Shown here: in pieces, positions 48,046-56,962 of the stretch | How positions within the stretch are numbered: the first letter of the stretch is position 1 | Layout: the number at the start of each line of letters is the position of its first letter | From: a candidate division WOR-3 bacterium | GTDB taxonomy: Bacteria; SDB-A | DNA length: 64,000 nucleotides | Assembly: GCA_016934535.1 (NCBI GenBank) | Contig: JAFGSQ010000024.1 | Span: 41,503-105,502, forward strand | Direction of reading: 5' to 3' | Notes under the pieces: generated by a model | The model's input: only the letters and a program-made list of their open reading frames with translations | Database searches by the model: none | Told to the model about the DNA's origin: nothing | Position numbers and translations under genes: made by a program

Positions 48046-49780
48046 TATGACAAAATTCGCGACCTCTTACAGGACTTCTCTTTGCGGGGAAATCCGCGGC
48101 TCCATGACCGGCAACAATGTAAGGCTTTGCGGCTGGATAAACAGCCTCAGAAAACACGGAGGCATTACATTCATTGATCTTCGCGACAGATCCGGGATCG
48201 TTCAGATAGTAGTTCATCCTGAAAATATCACGGAGACCTCCTTCAGGCTCGAATCAGCGATATCAATTGAAGGATCTGTAAGAAAAAGACCCGAAGACAT
48301 GGTCAACAGGGATATCTCTACCGGCGAAATCGAGATAGAAGCCGCGTCAGTTTCTCTTGTCTCCGACACCATTCCATTACCCTTTCTGCCTGAAGAAGAA
48401 GTTAAAGCTTCAACCGAGCTCCGACTCAAACACAGATACCTGGACCTTAGAAGGAACGTCATGTTCAGAAATCTTTGGACCCGCCATCTCACAGTTCAGG
48501 CCATAAGGGATTTCCTTGCGAAAAACGGCTTCATCGAAATCGAAACACCATACATGACGGCTCCGACACCCGAAGGCGCGAGAGATTACCTGGTCCCCAG
48601 CCGGATTCACCCGGGGAAATTTTACGCTCTGGCACAGTCCCCTCAGCTCTACAAACAACTGCTAATGGTGTCCGGCGTTGATAGATATTTCCAGTTCGCA
48701 AGATGTTTCAGGGACGAAGATATGAGAGCTGACAGACAGCCCGAACACACTCAGATAGACATTGAGATGAGTTTTGTCTCCCAGGAGGACGTACTTGCAA
48801 CGGCCGAAAACCTTTTCAGCCACATTTTCAAGACCGTCCTTGGAAAAGACATACCTGTTCCGTTTACGAGGCTCACCTACGAAGAAGCTCAGTCGAGGTT
48901 CGGTTCAGACAAACCTGACAACCGTTTCGGCACCGAGCTTTTTGAAATCACTGACGCAGTACGGGATTGCGGCATGCGCATTTTAGACGGCTCTCCTTTC
49001 ACCGTCAGCTTATTCGCGGAAAATTTCCTTCCTTCCCGAAAAGAAATCGAAGAACTCGAAAAAACAGCCAAAGATAATTCTGCCGGTGGACTGCTGTGGG
49101 TGAAATTTGAAGGATCAAGCGAAAGCGGCCCCATGTCAAAATACCTGAATCCCCGGCTCAGATCCGCGATCAATCCCGATAATAAAAATGGATGCGCATT
49201 AATCGTTGCGGGAGAGAAAGACCGGAGCAGAAAAGCTCTCGGCGCCGTAAGACTTGATGTTGGCAAAAGGACCGGAGCAATAAAAGATTCTTTCAATTTT
49301 CTCTGGGTAACAGATTTTCCTCTATTCGAAAAGGACGAAAACGGGGTATGGACGCCGTGTCATCACATATTCACCATGCCTAATCCCGAAGATATAAATC
49401 TCCTAGAAGAAGACCCGGGAAAAGTTAGAGGCCTGCAATATGACCTGGTGTTAAACGGGGTCGAACTCGCTTCCGGAAGCATAAGAAATCACAATCCCCG
49501 ACTTCAGGAAAAGTGCTTTTCCATATTGGGATTTACTCCGGAACAGATTGAAAAAAGATTCGGATTCCTGATTCACGCTTTTGAATACGCGCCTCCGCCT
49601 CACGGAGGAATAGCGCCGGGTATTGACAGGCTGGTCATGATGATGACAGGTTCGAAAAGCATCTCCGACGTCATTGCTTTTCCGAAAACCCTTCAGGCGA
49701 CAGGTCTCATGGAAGACTGCCCTCGCGAAATTGAACAGGAACAATTAAAAGAACTCGGGCTCAAAAAAGAGCAACAATGA
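48029..49780 (+). CDS. aspS: Aspartate-tRNA ligase
   Basis: FIDLRDRSG, RYLDLRR, GARDYLVPSR, QSPQLYKQ, FRDEDMRADRQPEH and PPHGGIAPGIDR. Confidence 0.96.
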   Translation: MKSQSDMTKFATSYRTSLCGEIRGSMTGNNVRLCGWINSLRKHGGITFIDLRDRSGIVQIVVHPENITETSFRLESAISIEGSVRKRPEDMVNRDISTGEIEIEAASVSLVSDTIPLPFLPEEEVKASTELRLKHRYLDLRRNVMFRNLWTRHLTVQAIRDFLAKNGFIEIETPYMTAPTPEGARDYLVPSRIHPGKFYALAQSPQLYKQLLMVSGVDRYFQFARCFRDEDMRADRQPEHTQIDIEMSFVSQEDVLATAENLFSHIFKTVLGKDIPVPFTRLTYEEAQSRFGSDKPDNRFGTELFEITDAVRDCGMRILDGSPFTVSLFAENFLPSRKEIEELEKTAKDNSAGGLLWVKFEGSSESGPMSKYLNPRLRSAINPDNKNGCALIVAGEKDRSRKALGAVRLDVGKRTGAIKDSFNFLWVTDFPLFEKDENGVWTPCHHIFTMPNPEDINLLEEDPGKVRGLQYDLVLNGVELASGSIRNHNPRLQEKCFSILGFTPEQIEKRFGFLIHAFEYAPPPHGGIAPGIDRLVMMMTGSKSISDVIAFPKTLQATGLMEDCPREIEQEQLKELGLKKEQQ

Positions 49781-50262
49781 AAATTCTTCATTATCCGGAC
49801 CCCGTTCTGAAAACCAAAACACCCGACGTCGAATCGTTCGATTCGGACCTGAAAGAGATCATTGAAAATATGGTTCCGGTGATGAAAGAACTCGACGGAG
49901 TAGGCCTCGCTGCAAATCAGGTAGGAATCTTGAAAAACATCTTCATAGTCCAGATACCAAAAAAAGAACTGCTCGTTGCCGTCAATCCCAGAATAATATC
50001 TTTCTCGGACGAGGAGTTTTTGATGGAAGAAGGATGCCTGAGTTTACCGGGCGTATACATCGAGATCGCCAGACCCAAAACCGTAACCCTCGAGGCTTAT
50101 GATGCCGAGGGAAATAAATTTGTTTTAGAAGGCAAAAATCTGCTCGCACGGGCTTTCTGCCATGAAACCGAGCACCTGAAAGGCAAAGTCATTCTCGATC
50201 ATCTCGATTTTGACGAAAGGCTTAAATTCGAGACCCAGTTGAGCTCGAGAAAGATTTTCTAA
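49777..50262 (+). CDS. def: Peptide deformylase
   Basis: GVGLAANQ, EGCLS and HETEH motifs. Confidence 0.95.
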   Translation: MKILHYPDPVLKTKTPDVESFDSDLKEIIENMVPVMKELDGVGLAANQVGILKNIFIVQIPKKELLVAVNPRIISFSDEEFLMEEGCLSLPGVYIEIARPKTVTLEAYDAEGNKFVLEGKNLLARAFCHETEHLKGKVILDHLDFDERLKFETQLSSRKIF

Positions 50263-50442
50263 AAATCCATATATAAAATTTAATATTTTTCTGCCTGAAT
50301 CATCCTCGGATAAATTACAGTAATATTATAATCACCAATAATGAAAGTTGTTCCATGGCTGGTCAGAATTTAATTGTTTTTTAATACTCTTCCCATATAA
50401 TTTAGATCATGTGAGAAAAATAATAATAGAAAAGGAGGTTCC

Positions 50443-51198
50443 ATGCCTTGTTTGTTGATTTTCATCGCGTTTTGGGCTGTATTCTTTTTCTTTTACATTC
50501 TCAGGGGAATCAGGATCATTTATCAATACGAAAGAGGCGTTGTATTCACTCTCGGCAAATACAGCCACATCAAAGAACCTGGCATCCGCTGGGTCTTTCC
50601 CATTATTCAGACGATGAGAAGAGTTGACATTAGAATCAAAACCGTAGACGTTCCCAGGCAGGAAGTCATAACCAAAGACAACATTCCCATTTTAGCCAAC
50701 ACGGTCGTATATTTCAAAGTTGAAAATCCTGTCAATGCCATAATAAAGATTGACGATTACGTTTACGCAGTCAGGCAGTTCACTCAAGCAGCCCTCAGAG
50801 ACATAGTCGGAAACAACGAACTTGACTTCGTCCTGACAGAAAGAGTCCAGGTAGCCGAGAGCATCCAGAAGATCGTGGACACGGAAACAGCGGAATGGGG
50901 TGTAGACATTGAGTCAATTAAAATCCAGGAAATTGAACTCCCCGCGGAAATGAAGAGAGCAATGGCAAAACAGGCAGAAGCCGAAAGAGAAAGAAGAGCC
51001 GTCATAATCGCATCAGACGGTGAATTGAAAGCTTCTGAAAACCTCCGCCAGGCCGCCGAAACTTTGTCTAAAAATCCCGCCGCTCTGCATTTGAGAACTC
51101 TCCAGACTATAAGGGACATAGCCGCGGATCCCTCTGAAAAGATAATCCTTTACCTTCCTTCGGACATTGCCGACATAATAAAAAAAATCACCCCGTAA
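50443..51198 (+). CDS. Stomatin/SPFH (slipin) family protein
   Basis: One N-terminal TM; YERGVVFTLG, QEVITKDN, WGV..IKIQE, AMAKQAEAERERRA and LRTLQT. Confidence 0.92.
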   Translation: MPCLLIFIAFWAVFFFFYILRGIRIIYQYERGVVFTLGKYSHIKEPGIRWVFPIIQTMRRVDIRIKTVDVPRQEVITKDNIPILANTVVYFKVENPVNAIIKIDDYVYAVRQFTQAALRDIVGNNELDFVLTERVQVAESIQKIVDTETAEWGVDIESIKIQEIELPAEMKRAMAKQAEAERERRAVIIASDGELKASENLRQAAETLSKNPAALHLRTLQTIRDIAADPSEKIILYLPSDIADIIKKITP

Positions 51199-51213
51199 CG
51201 GACACGAACTAAA

Positions 51214-51879
51214 ATGCTCAACAGCAGGAAAAGATATCTTCAAATAGCTTTCAATTACGACTCCGATCAGGTTTCGAGAATCCTTCCTCACATTCCGAAA
51301 AACGGCAGAATTCTCATTGAAGCCGGAACGCCCTACATAAAGAAAGAAGGACTGAACGGAATAAAGCTGATAAGGCAGATGTGGACGGGTATAATCGTCG
51401 CTGATCTCAAGACCCTCGACGGAGGGTCTTCCGAGGTCAGGTTCGCTTTTGGCGCAGGCGCAAACGCAGTCACCGTACTCGGAAGCGCCCCTGTGGAAAC
51501 GCTCAATTACTTTGTCGAGATGTGTTCAAAACTTAGGGTATATTCGATGATAGACATGCTCGGCGTCGAAGACCCTCTGAAGGTAATGCTCAAGCTGAGA
51601 ACGCCCCCGGACGTAGTAGTAATACATAGAGGAAGAGACGAGGAAACTACTCGCGGAAAGGTCATCAAATACAAACAGATAAACAAGATACGCAGTAAGT
51701 ACGACGTCTTCATCTCTGCGGCCGGCGGCATAGACCTGAGAGAAGCCAGAAGCGCGATTTTCAACGGAGCGGACATTGTCGTCGCGAACATAGTCACGCC
51801 GAACGATCCATGGGTCGGTATAAGCACTTCCGCCGACGTCAGCCGAATGGCCCGTGAATTTTTGACGACAATAGAATAA
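51214..51879 (+). CDS. 3-hexulose-6-phosphate synthase-like (OMPDC/HUMPS family) enzyme
   Basis: LQIA, IEAGTPYIK.EG, VADLKTLD, HRGRDEE, AAGGI and GADIVV, resembling archaeal Hps domains. Confidence 0.75.
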   Translation: MLNSRKRYLQIAFNYDSDQVSRILPHIPKNGRILIEAGTPYIKKEGLNGIKLIRQMWTGIIVADLKTLDGGSSEVRFAFGAGANAVTVLGSAPVETLNYFVEMCSKLRVYSMIDMLGVEDPLKVMLKLRTPPDVVVIHRGRDEETTRGKVIKYKQINKIRSKYDVFISAAGGIDLREARSAIFNGADIVVANIVTPNDPWVGISTSADVSRMAREFLTTIE

Positions 51880-51986
51880 CGGCCTGAAGACTGATCTGAT
51901 TAAAGGTAATAACAATAAGGGATCGGCGCGATCAAAGACACATAGCTCGTAAGAAAAATCGAATTCATTGTATGCTGATTTACAAT

Positions 51987-52709
51987 TCAGTCGAAGACAA
52001 TGAATCCGCAGGTGCTGAATTCTGGTACGAGCTGGTATCCCTCAGTAAGTTTGATCCCAATTTTTTCTGCCTCAAGCAGTTTTAATATCTTGTACTGCTG
52101 CAACAAATCAGGACAACCCCTGTATCCTAACCCGTAACGCCTGCTTTTGGGGACTCTGCACTCACTCTCAACTCTTCTGCTGACGTACTTAGCACAAGCC
52201 TCCGTCAACTCACAGGCAAAACCGTTTAGTAGAAAATACTCAAGATACATGTCGTCGTTCAAAAGATTTTTAAGTTCACCCGAGAACGAATCTCCCGCTG
52301 TAACTGCGAACAGGCACCCGTTATCTTTCCCGAATTTATTTCTGAAAAAAAAACCGATTTCCGGGTCTTTTTGAGATTTTTTCGTTGGAAATACCAGTTC
52401 TTCTCTTTTTTCTCCGTTTACATCTATTAAATCGACCTTGTTCCCTCTTTTTCCAAACTTGAAATAAGCAAAGGAGCATCGCATGTCAGCGAGGTTTTTA
52501 TCAGAGACGGTTCTGACAATTTTCTCGAAGCTTTTTTCCGCATCGAAACCGAATCTTTCTCTTGTCCCTGCGTTTTTAAGATCCCACCTGACGTTGAAAA
52601 GTGCGTCCTTATCGAGGTGCTTGAGAATTTCACCCAAATGTAAGCTTTTTATTATTGTCAGTCGATCTGCAAACTGTTCTTGCGATTCAGCTCTTTTCGA
52701 ACCGCCCAC
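51987..52709 (-). CDS. Stand-alone B12-dependent methionine synthase activation domain
   Basis: FAVTAG, LTEACA, RYGLGYRGCPDL and LTEGYQLVPEFST; own GGAGG RBS and GTG start. Confidence 0.82.
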   Translation of the reverse strand: MGGSKRAESQEQFADRLTIIKSLHLGEILKHLDKDALFNVRWDLKNAGTRERFGFDAEKSFEKIVRTVSDKNLADMRCSFAYFKFGKRGNKVDLIDVNGEKREELVFPTKKSQKDPEIGFFFRNKFGKDNGCLFAVTAGDSFSGELKNLLNDDMYLEYFLLNGFACELTEACAKYVSRRVESECRVPKSRRYGLGYRGCPDLLQQYKILKLLEAEKIGIKLTEGYQLVPEFSTCGFIVFD

Positions 52710-55221
52710 GTCTTTCCTCCATAATCTTCATAGCCGCAAAAGCATCCCTGGCATAAAAGACCTCACTTTGAACGGCTTCTTTCACTTCTTTGACGTAACT
52801 TTCGCTAAGTGCTGCTCCTCCGCAGATGACAGCTACCCCCGGAGATGAATTTTTTAGTTCTTCGATCACTTTTTTCATGTACTGTGCAGAACTGATCAAG
52901 AGACCGCTCAAACCAACGAAATCCGGCTTCATCCCTTTTACTGATGCCGCTATCTCTTCGGCAGATTTGTCGACCCCAATATCTACGACTTCTATCCCGC
53001 TGTTCTCCAAAATTACTCTTACTATGTTTTTGCCTATGTCGTGAATGTCACCTTTAACGGTTGCGAGGATTATTTTTATTTTTTCTCCGTTGTTTTGCGC
53101 GCATTTTAAATGAGGTCTGAGCTTTTCTAACGCCTTGTGCATCGTCTGAGAAGAGCACAAGACGAAAGGTAGATGGGTTTCTCCCCTTTCAAACCTATCA
53201 CCGACGCTTTTCATCGCAGGAAGAAGGATATTCACGAGTATATCTTCGGCCCCAACTTTTTTAAGCAAATGGGATAAAACATCTTCTAATCCCTCTTCTC
53301 TCCCTCCAATTATATGAAACGTCAATTTATCTTCGTCGCTTTCAAAATCATTTTCAGTCGCTTTTGTGAAATGTTTTTTTTCATTTTTCCGCTCACCGAG
53401 GAACTCGGCCAATACATCACCCGGATCCTTCGTGCCGGAAAATATAAGCTCTTCAGCGCTAATCCTCGCTTTTTCCGGTATTTCATGTATCGGTCTGACT
53501 GAGGTGGTGTCTATTATTGCCGCATCGAGACCCGCCTTCAAAGCGTGATACAAATATACGGAGTTCAGCGCCGTCCGATGATTTTTGTCAAATCCGTGGG
53601 ACACATTGCTGATGCCGAGAATAGACTTGGTCCCGGGAAACATTTCCTTTAATAATTTCAGGGATTTTATGGCGGATTCTGCGCTTTTTCGCGTGAGGCA
53701 ATCCGCCGAAGCGAGAGAAAAGGTTAAAGGATCGAAGAAAATATCCTGAACCTTTATTCCGTGTTCGACAACGGCGAAGTCGAAAATTTTTCGGGCAATC
53801 TCGATTTTTTGTTTTAAATCAATGGCGTAACCTTTTTCATCGGCAAGAATACAGACCACAGCCGCACCGAATTCTCTGACTGTCTTCAGGATTCCTGAAG
53901 CTTTTTCCATGTTTTCAAGGCTGACTGAATTTACAAGCGTTTTTCCCGGATACGCCTTGAGGAATTCATTTACGGATTTTTCATCTGTAGTGTCCGCGCA
54001 GACAGGAACCTCCAATATTTTTCCCATCGATTTTCCGATTTCGGCGAAATCTCTGCTCTCGTTCCTTCCTGTAACAGCAAGGCTCAGATCCAAACAATGC
54101 ACGCCATTTTTTTGCTCGGCGAGAGCTAGGTCCAACACTTTCTTGATATCACCTCCGACAACAGCTTTTTTGAACTCCCTGCTTCCGGAAGCATTGGTTT
54201 TTTCAGAGATGATCAGCGGTTTCGGGAACATATCAGTCGACACGGACGAGTACAATGAGGCGAGTGAAGGTACGAATATTTTTTTGTTTTCACAGAAAGT
54301 CAGGCTCTCCGTCCTAATCACCAGTTGGCGTATATGTTCAAAAGAAACTCCGCAGCAGCCGCCCATCATCCTGAATCCGTGTTTCTTCGCCTGATTCACT
54401 ACTGTTTCGGCGAACTCTTCCGGACCGCAGTCGTAAGTAATGCTGTTTCTAACAACTCTCGGCATGCCGGCATTTGGCAGATACAGGAAATCGAAAGGTG
54501 AACTTTTCAGGAAATCTCCTATGGGGGCGTCAAATTGTTTCGGTCCGAATCCGCAATTCAGTCCGGCTGCGAGAAAGTCATAGGACTGAAACGTCCCGAG
54601 GAATGATTTGCACGACATACCCGCAACTGTCCTTCCTTTCTCTCCTATTGTTATAAGAACCGAAACGGGAATTTTTACCTGCCTCTGTTCAGCCACTTTG
54701 GCGGCGGCAGCAAGAGCGGCTTTTACCTGAATCGGATCCTGGCACGTCTCTATCTGAAGCATGTCCACCCCTCCCTCGGCAAGCCCCTGTATCTGCATTT
54801 CGAAAGATTTGAATAATTCGTCAAAAGTGATCTGACCCAGAACCGGAAATCTTCTTCCTGGACCTATGGAGCCTGAGACGTATCTTTTCTTTTTCCCTTT
54901 AGAATGTTTTTTTGCAGCCTTTTTTGCTATCCTTGCACCTTCAGCGTTGATCCTGCGGCAGAAGTCTTCCGCCCCCTCATCGTCAAGCGTCAGAAAATCC
55001 CCTCCAAAAGTGTTGGTTTCTATAACATCGCATCCTGCCTCGAGGAATCCCTCATGTATACCCGTTACCATATCGGGATTGTTCAGATTGAGCATTTCGT
55101 ATATTTCTCCGTCTTTTTTCGCAATACCGCGTTCGCTGGCGACAGACGCCAGTGAAGTGCCCATTCCGCCGTCAAAAATAACGGCGTTTCTTTTTATAAA
55201 ATCATCAAAATGTATCGCCAT
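52687..55221 (-). CDS. metH: Cobalamin-dependent methionine synthase (Hcy-binding, pterin-binding, cap and B12-binding domains)
   Basis: FDGGMGT, ETNTF, GLNCG and GGCCG (Zn ligands), SEKTNASGS, GISNVSHG, GDIHDIGKN and GLSGL. Confidence 0.92.
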   Translation of the reverse strand: MAIHFDDFIKRNAVIFDGGMGTSLASVASERGIAKKDGEIYEMLNLNNPDMVTGIHEGFLEAGCDVIETNTFGGDFLTLDDEGAEDFCRRINAEGARIAKKAAKKHSKGKKKRYVSGSIGPGRRFPVLGQITFDELFKSFEMQIQGLAEGGVDMLQIETCQDPIQVKAALAAAAKVAEQRQVKIPVSVLITIGEKGRTVAGMSCKSFLGTFQSYDFLAAGLNCGFGPKQFDAPIGDFLKSSPFDFLYLPNAGMPRVVRNSITYDCGPEEFAETVVNQAKKHGFRMMGGCCGVSFEHIRQLVIRTESLTFCENKKIFVPSLASLYSSVSTDMFPKPLIISEKTNASGSREFKKAVVGGDIKKVLDLALAEQKNGVHCLDLSLAVTGRNESRDFAEIGKSMGKILEVPVCADTTDEKSVNEFLKAYPGKTLVNSVSLENMEKASGILKTVREFGAAVVCILADEKGYAIDLKQKIEIARKIFDFAVVEHGIKVQDIFFDPLTFSLASADCLTRKSAESAIKSLKLLKEMFPGTKSILGISNVSHGFDKNHRTALNSVYLYHALKAGLDAAIIDTTSVRPIHEIPEKARISAEELIFSGTKDPGDVLAEFLGERKNEKKHFTKATENDFESDEDKLTFHIIGGREEGLEDVLSHLLKKVGAEDILVNILLPAMKSVGDRFERGETHLPFVLCSSQTMHKALEKLRPHLKCAQNNGEKIKIILATVKGDIHDIGKNIVRVILENSGIEVVDIGVDKSAEEIAASVKGMKPDFVGLSGLLISSAQYMKKVIEELKNSSPGVAVICGGAALSESYVKEVKEAVQSEVFYARDAFAAMKIMEERRGRFEKS

Positions 55222-55235
55222 GATTCATACCACTT

Positions 55236-56201
55236 TCACGAAAAACATCCCCGGAATCTTTCAAGTAAAAGATTCGTCGAAAGGGCTTTTCCCATAGTAA
55301 AAAGATGAACGCACGGAACCTCAAAGTCCAACAGTTTTTCTATCAACCCTGCCATGTATTTCGCGGCGGTTTCTCTTTCCTTTTCAGGAGTTTTCGCTTC
55401 TTCCATCCGCTTCAAAAATACATGGGGAACGGTCGCTGAAAAAATCCTCGGCACTGCTTCGAGTCCTCTTCTGCTCAACAGAGGTTTCAATCCGGGTATG
55501 ACAGGTACGCATATCCCTTTTACCCTCATTATTTCGACGAATCTCTTATAGACTCCGAAACCGAAAAATGCCTGGGTAATTGTGAATGATGCGCCTGCCG
55601 ATATTTTTTTTACGAAATTCTTTATATCCTCTTCGCGGTTCAAAGACTCGCGGTGCTTTTCTGGATAGCCTGCCGCACCAATACAGAAATCTGTACTCAC
55701 TGTCTCTCTGCCTCCTGCAGGCTCGGTGTAAATTCCCCTGTTGAGTCCGGATATCTGCTTTATCAGCTGAAACGCATATTTGTGCCCCTCTTCTTCATAT
55801 TTGAAGGCTCCTCGAGCGTCCATCGGGTCTCCTCTCACAGCAAAGACATTGTCGAAACCGAGAAAACTCAGATCTATAAGAAGATCTTCTGTTTTAAAAC
55901 GATCGAGTCCGGCGCAGACAACATGCGGAACGGTTTCTACGCCGAATTCCTTCCTTATGGCGGAGCATACGCCTATCGTTCCAGGTTTCCTGTTGTTGCT
56001 GGCCACGGAAATCTTTCCGTCTTTGCATGTGTACTCGAGGGAACATCCCTTGTTGGTAACGCTGACGAATCTGGGATTGTGAGCGATTATTTTGTCCATT
56101 GTCTTAAAAATTGAATCGATAGACGATCCCCTCTCGGGCGGTACAACTTCAAAAGACAGAGCAGGTTTCGCTCCTGGTTTCAGACAATCTGTAATTTTCA
56201 T
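55236..56201 (-). CDS. metF: Methylenetetrahydrofolate reductase
   Basis: SFEVVPP, VPHVVC, AVRGD, AGYPEKH, GASFTITQAFF and HLFTM. Confidence 0.88.
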   Translation of the reverse strand: MKITDCLKPGAKPALSFEVVPPERGSSIDSIFKTMDKIIAHNPRFVSVTNKGCSLEYTCKDGKISVASNNRKPGTIGVCSAIRKEFGVETVPHVVCAGLDRFKTEDLLIDLSFLGFDNVFAVRGDPMDARGAFKYEEEGHKYAFQLIKQISGLNRGIYTEPAGGRETVSTDFCIGAAGYPEKHRESLNREEDIKNFVKKISAGASFTITQAFFGFGVYKRFVEIMRVKGICVPVIPGLKPLLSRRGLEAVPRIFSATVPHVFLKRMEEAKTPEKERETAAKYMAGLIEKLLDFEVPCVHLFTMGKALSTNLLLERFRGCFS

Positions 56202-56962
56202 CTTGTAGATGCTCCTGACAGCGACAAGTCAATACCTTCAAGGCTTTTTATGCACAGCTTGTTTTCAAAAACACCGACGGCGCAGAGTATTTCCTCATCT
56301 CTTTCAGCTAAGGCTATCGCTTTTTCGAGGCCCTCAAAGCTTTTTACTTCATTGCTCAAAGCTGTGGCGTACATGTCAGCCAGAACAGGATCACGGCATA
56401 CGACCGTGAAAGAATCAGCCCAGCCAAAATTAAGTGAATGTCCGATTTTTCCCGATGAAGTGCAAATCCCGCAGGGAGTCAAATAAGGCTCCAGAGACAA
56501 CACCAGATCAGAACCGAAGCGGGCGCTTCCTGTTTCAATTATGACATTTACAGGTTTATTTGTTTTAAGATATATGTCTCCTCCGTTTTCTATAATGAAT
56601 TCCTTGACCGAATATCCGCTTTCAAGCAAGTTACCGATGATATTGGTAAAATATCCGGCAATGCCGGCCATAGGTCCGACTCCGGTTTTTTTTGAGTGTT
56701 CATAAAGTATCCTGAATTTGTCGATGCATTTATCGGGGTATTCAAGTGCGCTCAACGAGCTTAGAAAAATCGGGTTTTCAGATATGTGCTCATCAAACAG
56801 TTTTCTTGTTTCAATTATCTCCCCCAAAACGGCCTCAGGAAGAGACAGATCATAACTCAACGGATCTAATCCTATCCAAACGTCAGTGTCCAAAAATCCT
56901 GCTTCGAAATACCAGAATCTGTCCTCTCTGATTTTTTTTCTGTATGACCTCAGGGTAAACAT
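56198..56962 (-). CDS. UPF0280/COG2122 ApbE-like protein
   Basis: GVGPMAGIAG, IENGGD, GICTSSGKIGHSLNFG and ADMYAT. Confidence 0.85.
   Translation of the reverse strand: MFTLRSYRKKIREDRFWYFEAGFLDTDVWIGLDPLSYDLSLPEAVLGEIIETRKLFDEHISENPIFLSSLSALEYPDKCIDKFRILYEHSKKTGVGPMAGIAGYFTNIIGNLLESGYSVKEFIIENGGDIYLKTNKPVNVIIETGSARFGSDLVLSLEPYLTPCGICTSSGKIGHSLNFGWADSFTVVCRDPVLADMYATALSNEVKSFEGLEKAIALAERDEEILCAVGVFENKLCIKSLEGIDLSLSGASTR

Noticed and set aside
52687-52709. Frameshifted metH pseudogene
   Set aside because: The downstream ORF has its own well-spaced GGAGG and GTG, and the break falls at a domain boundary.
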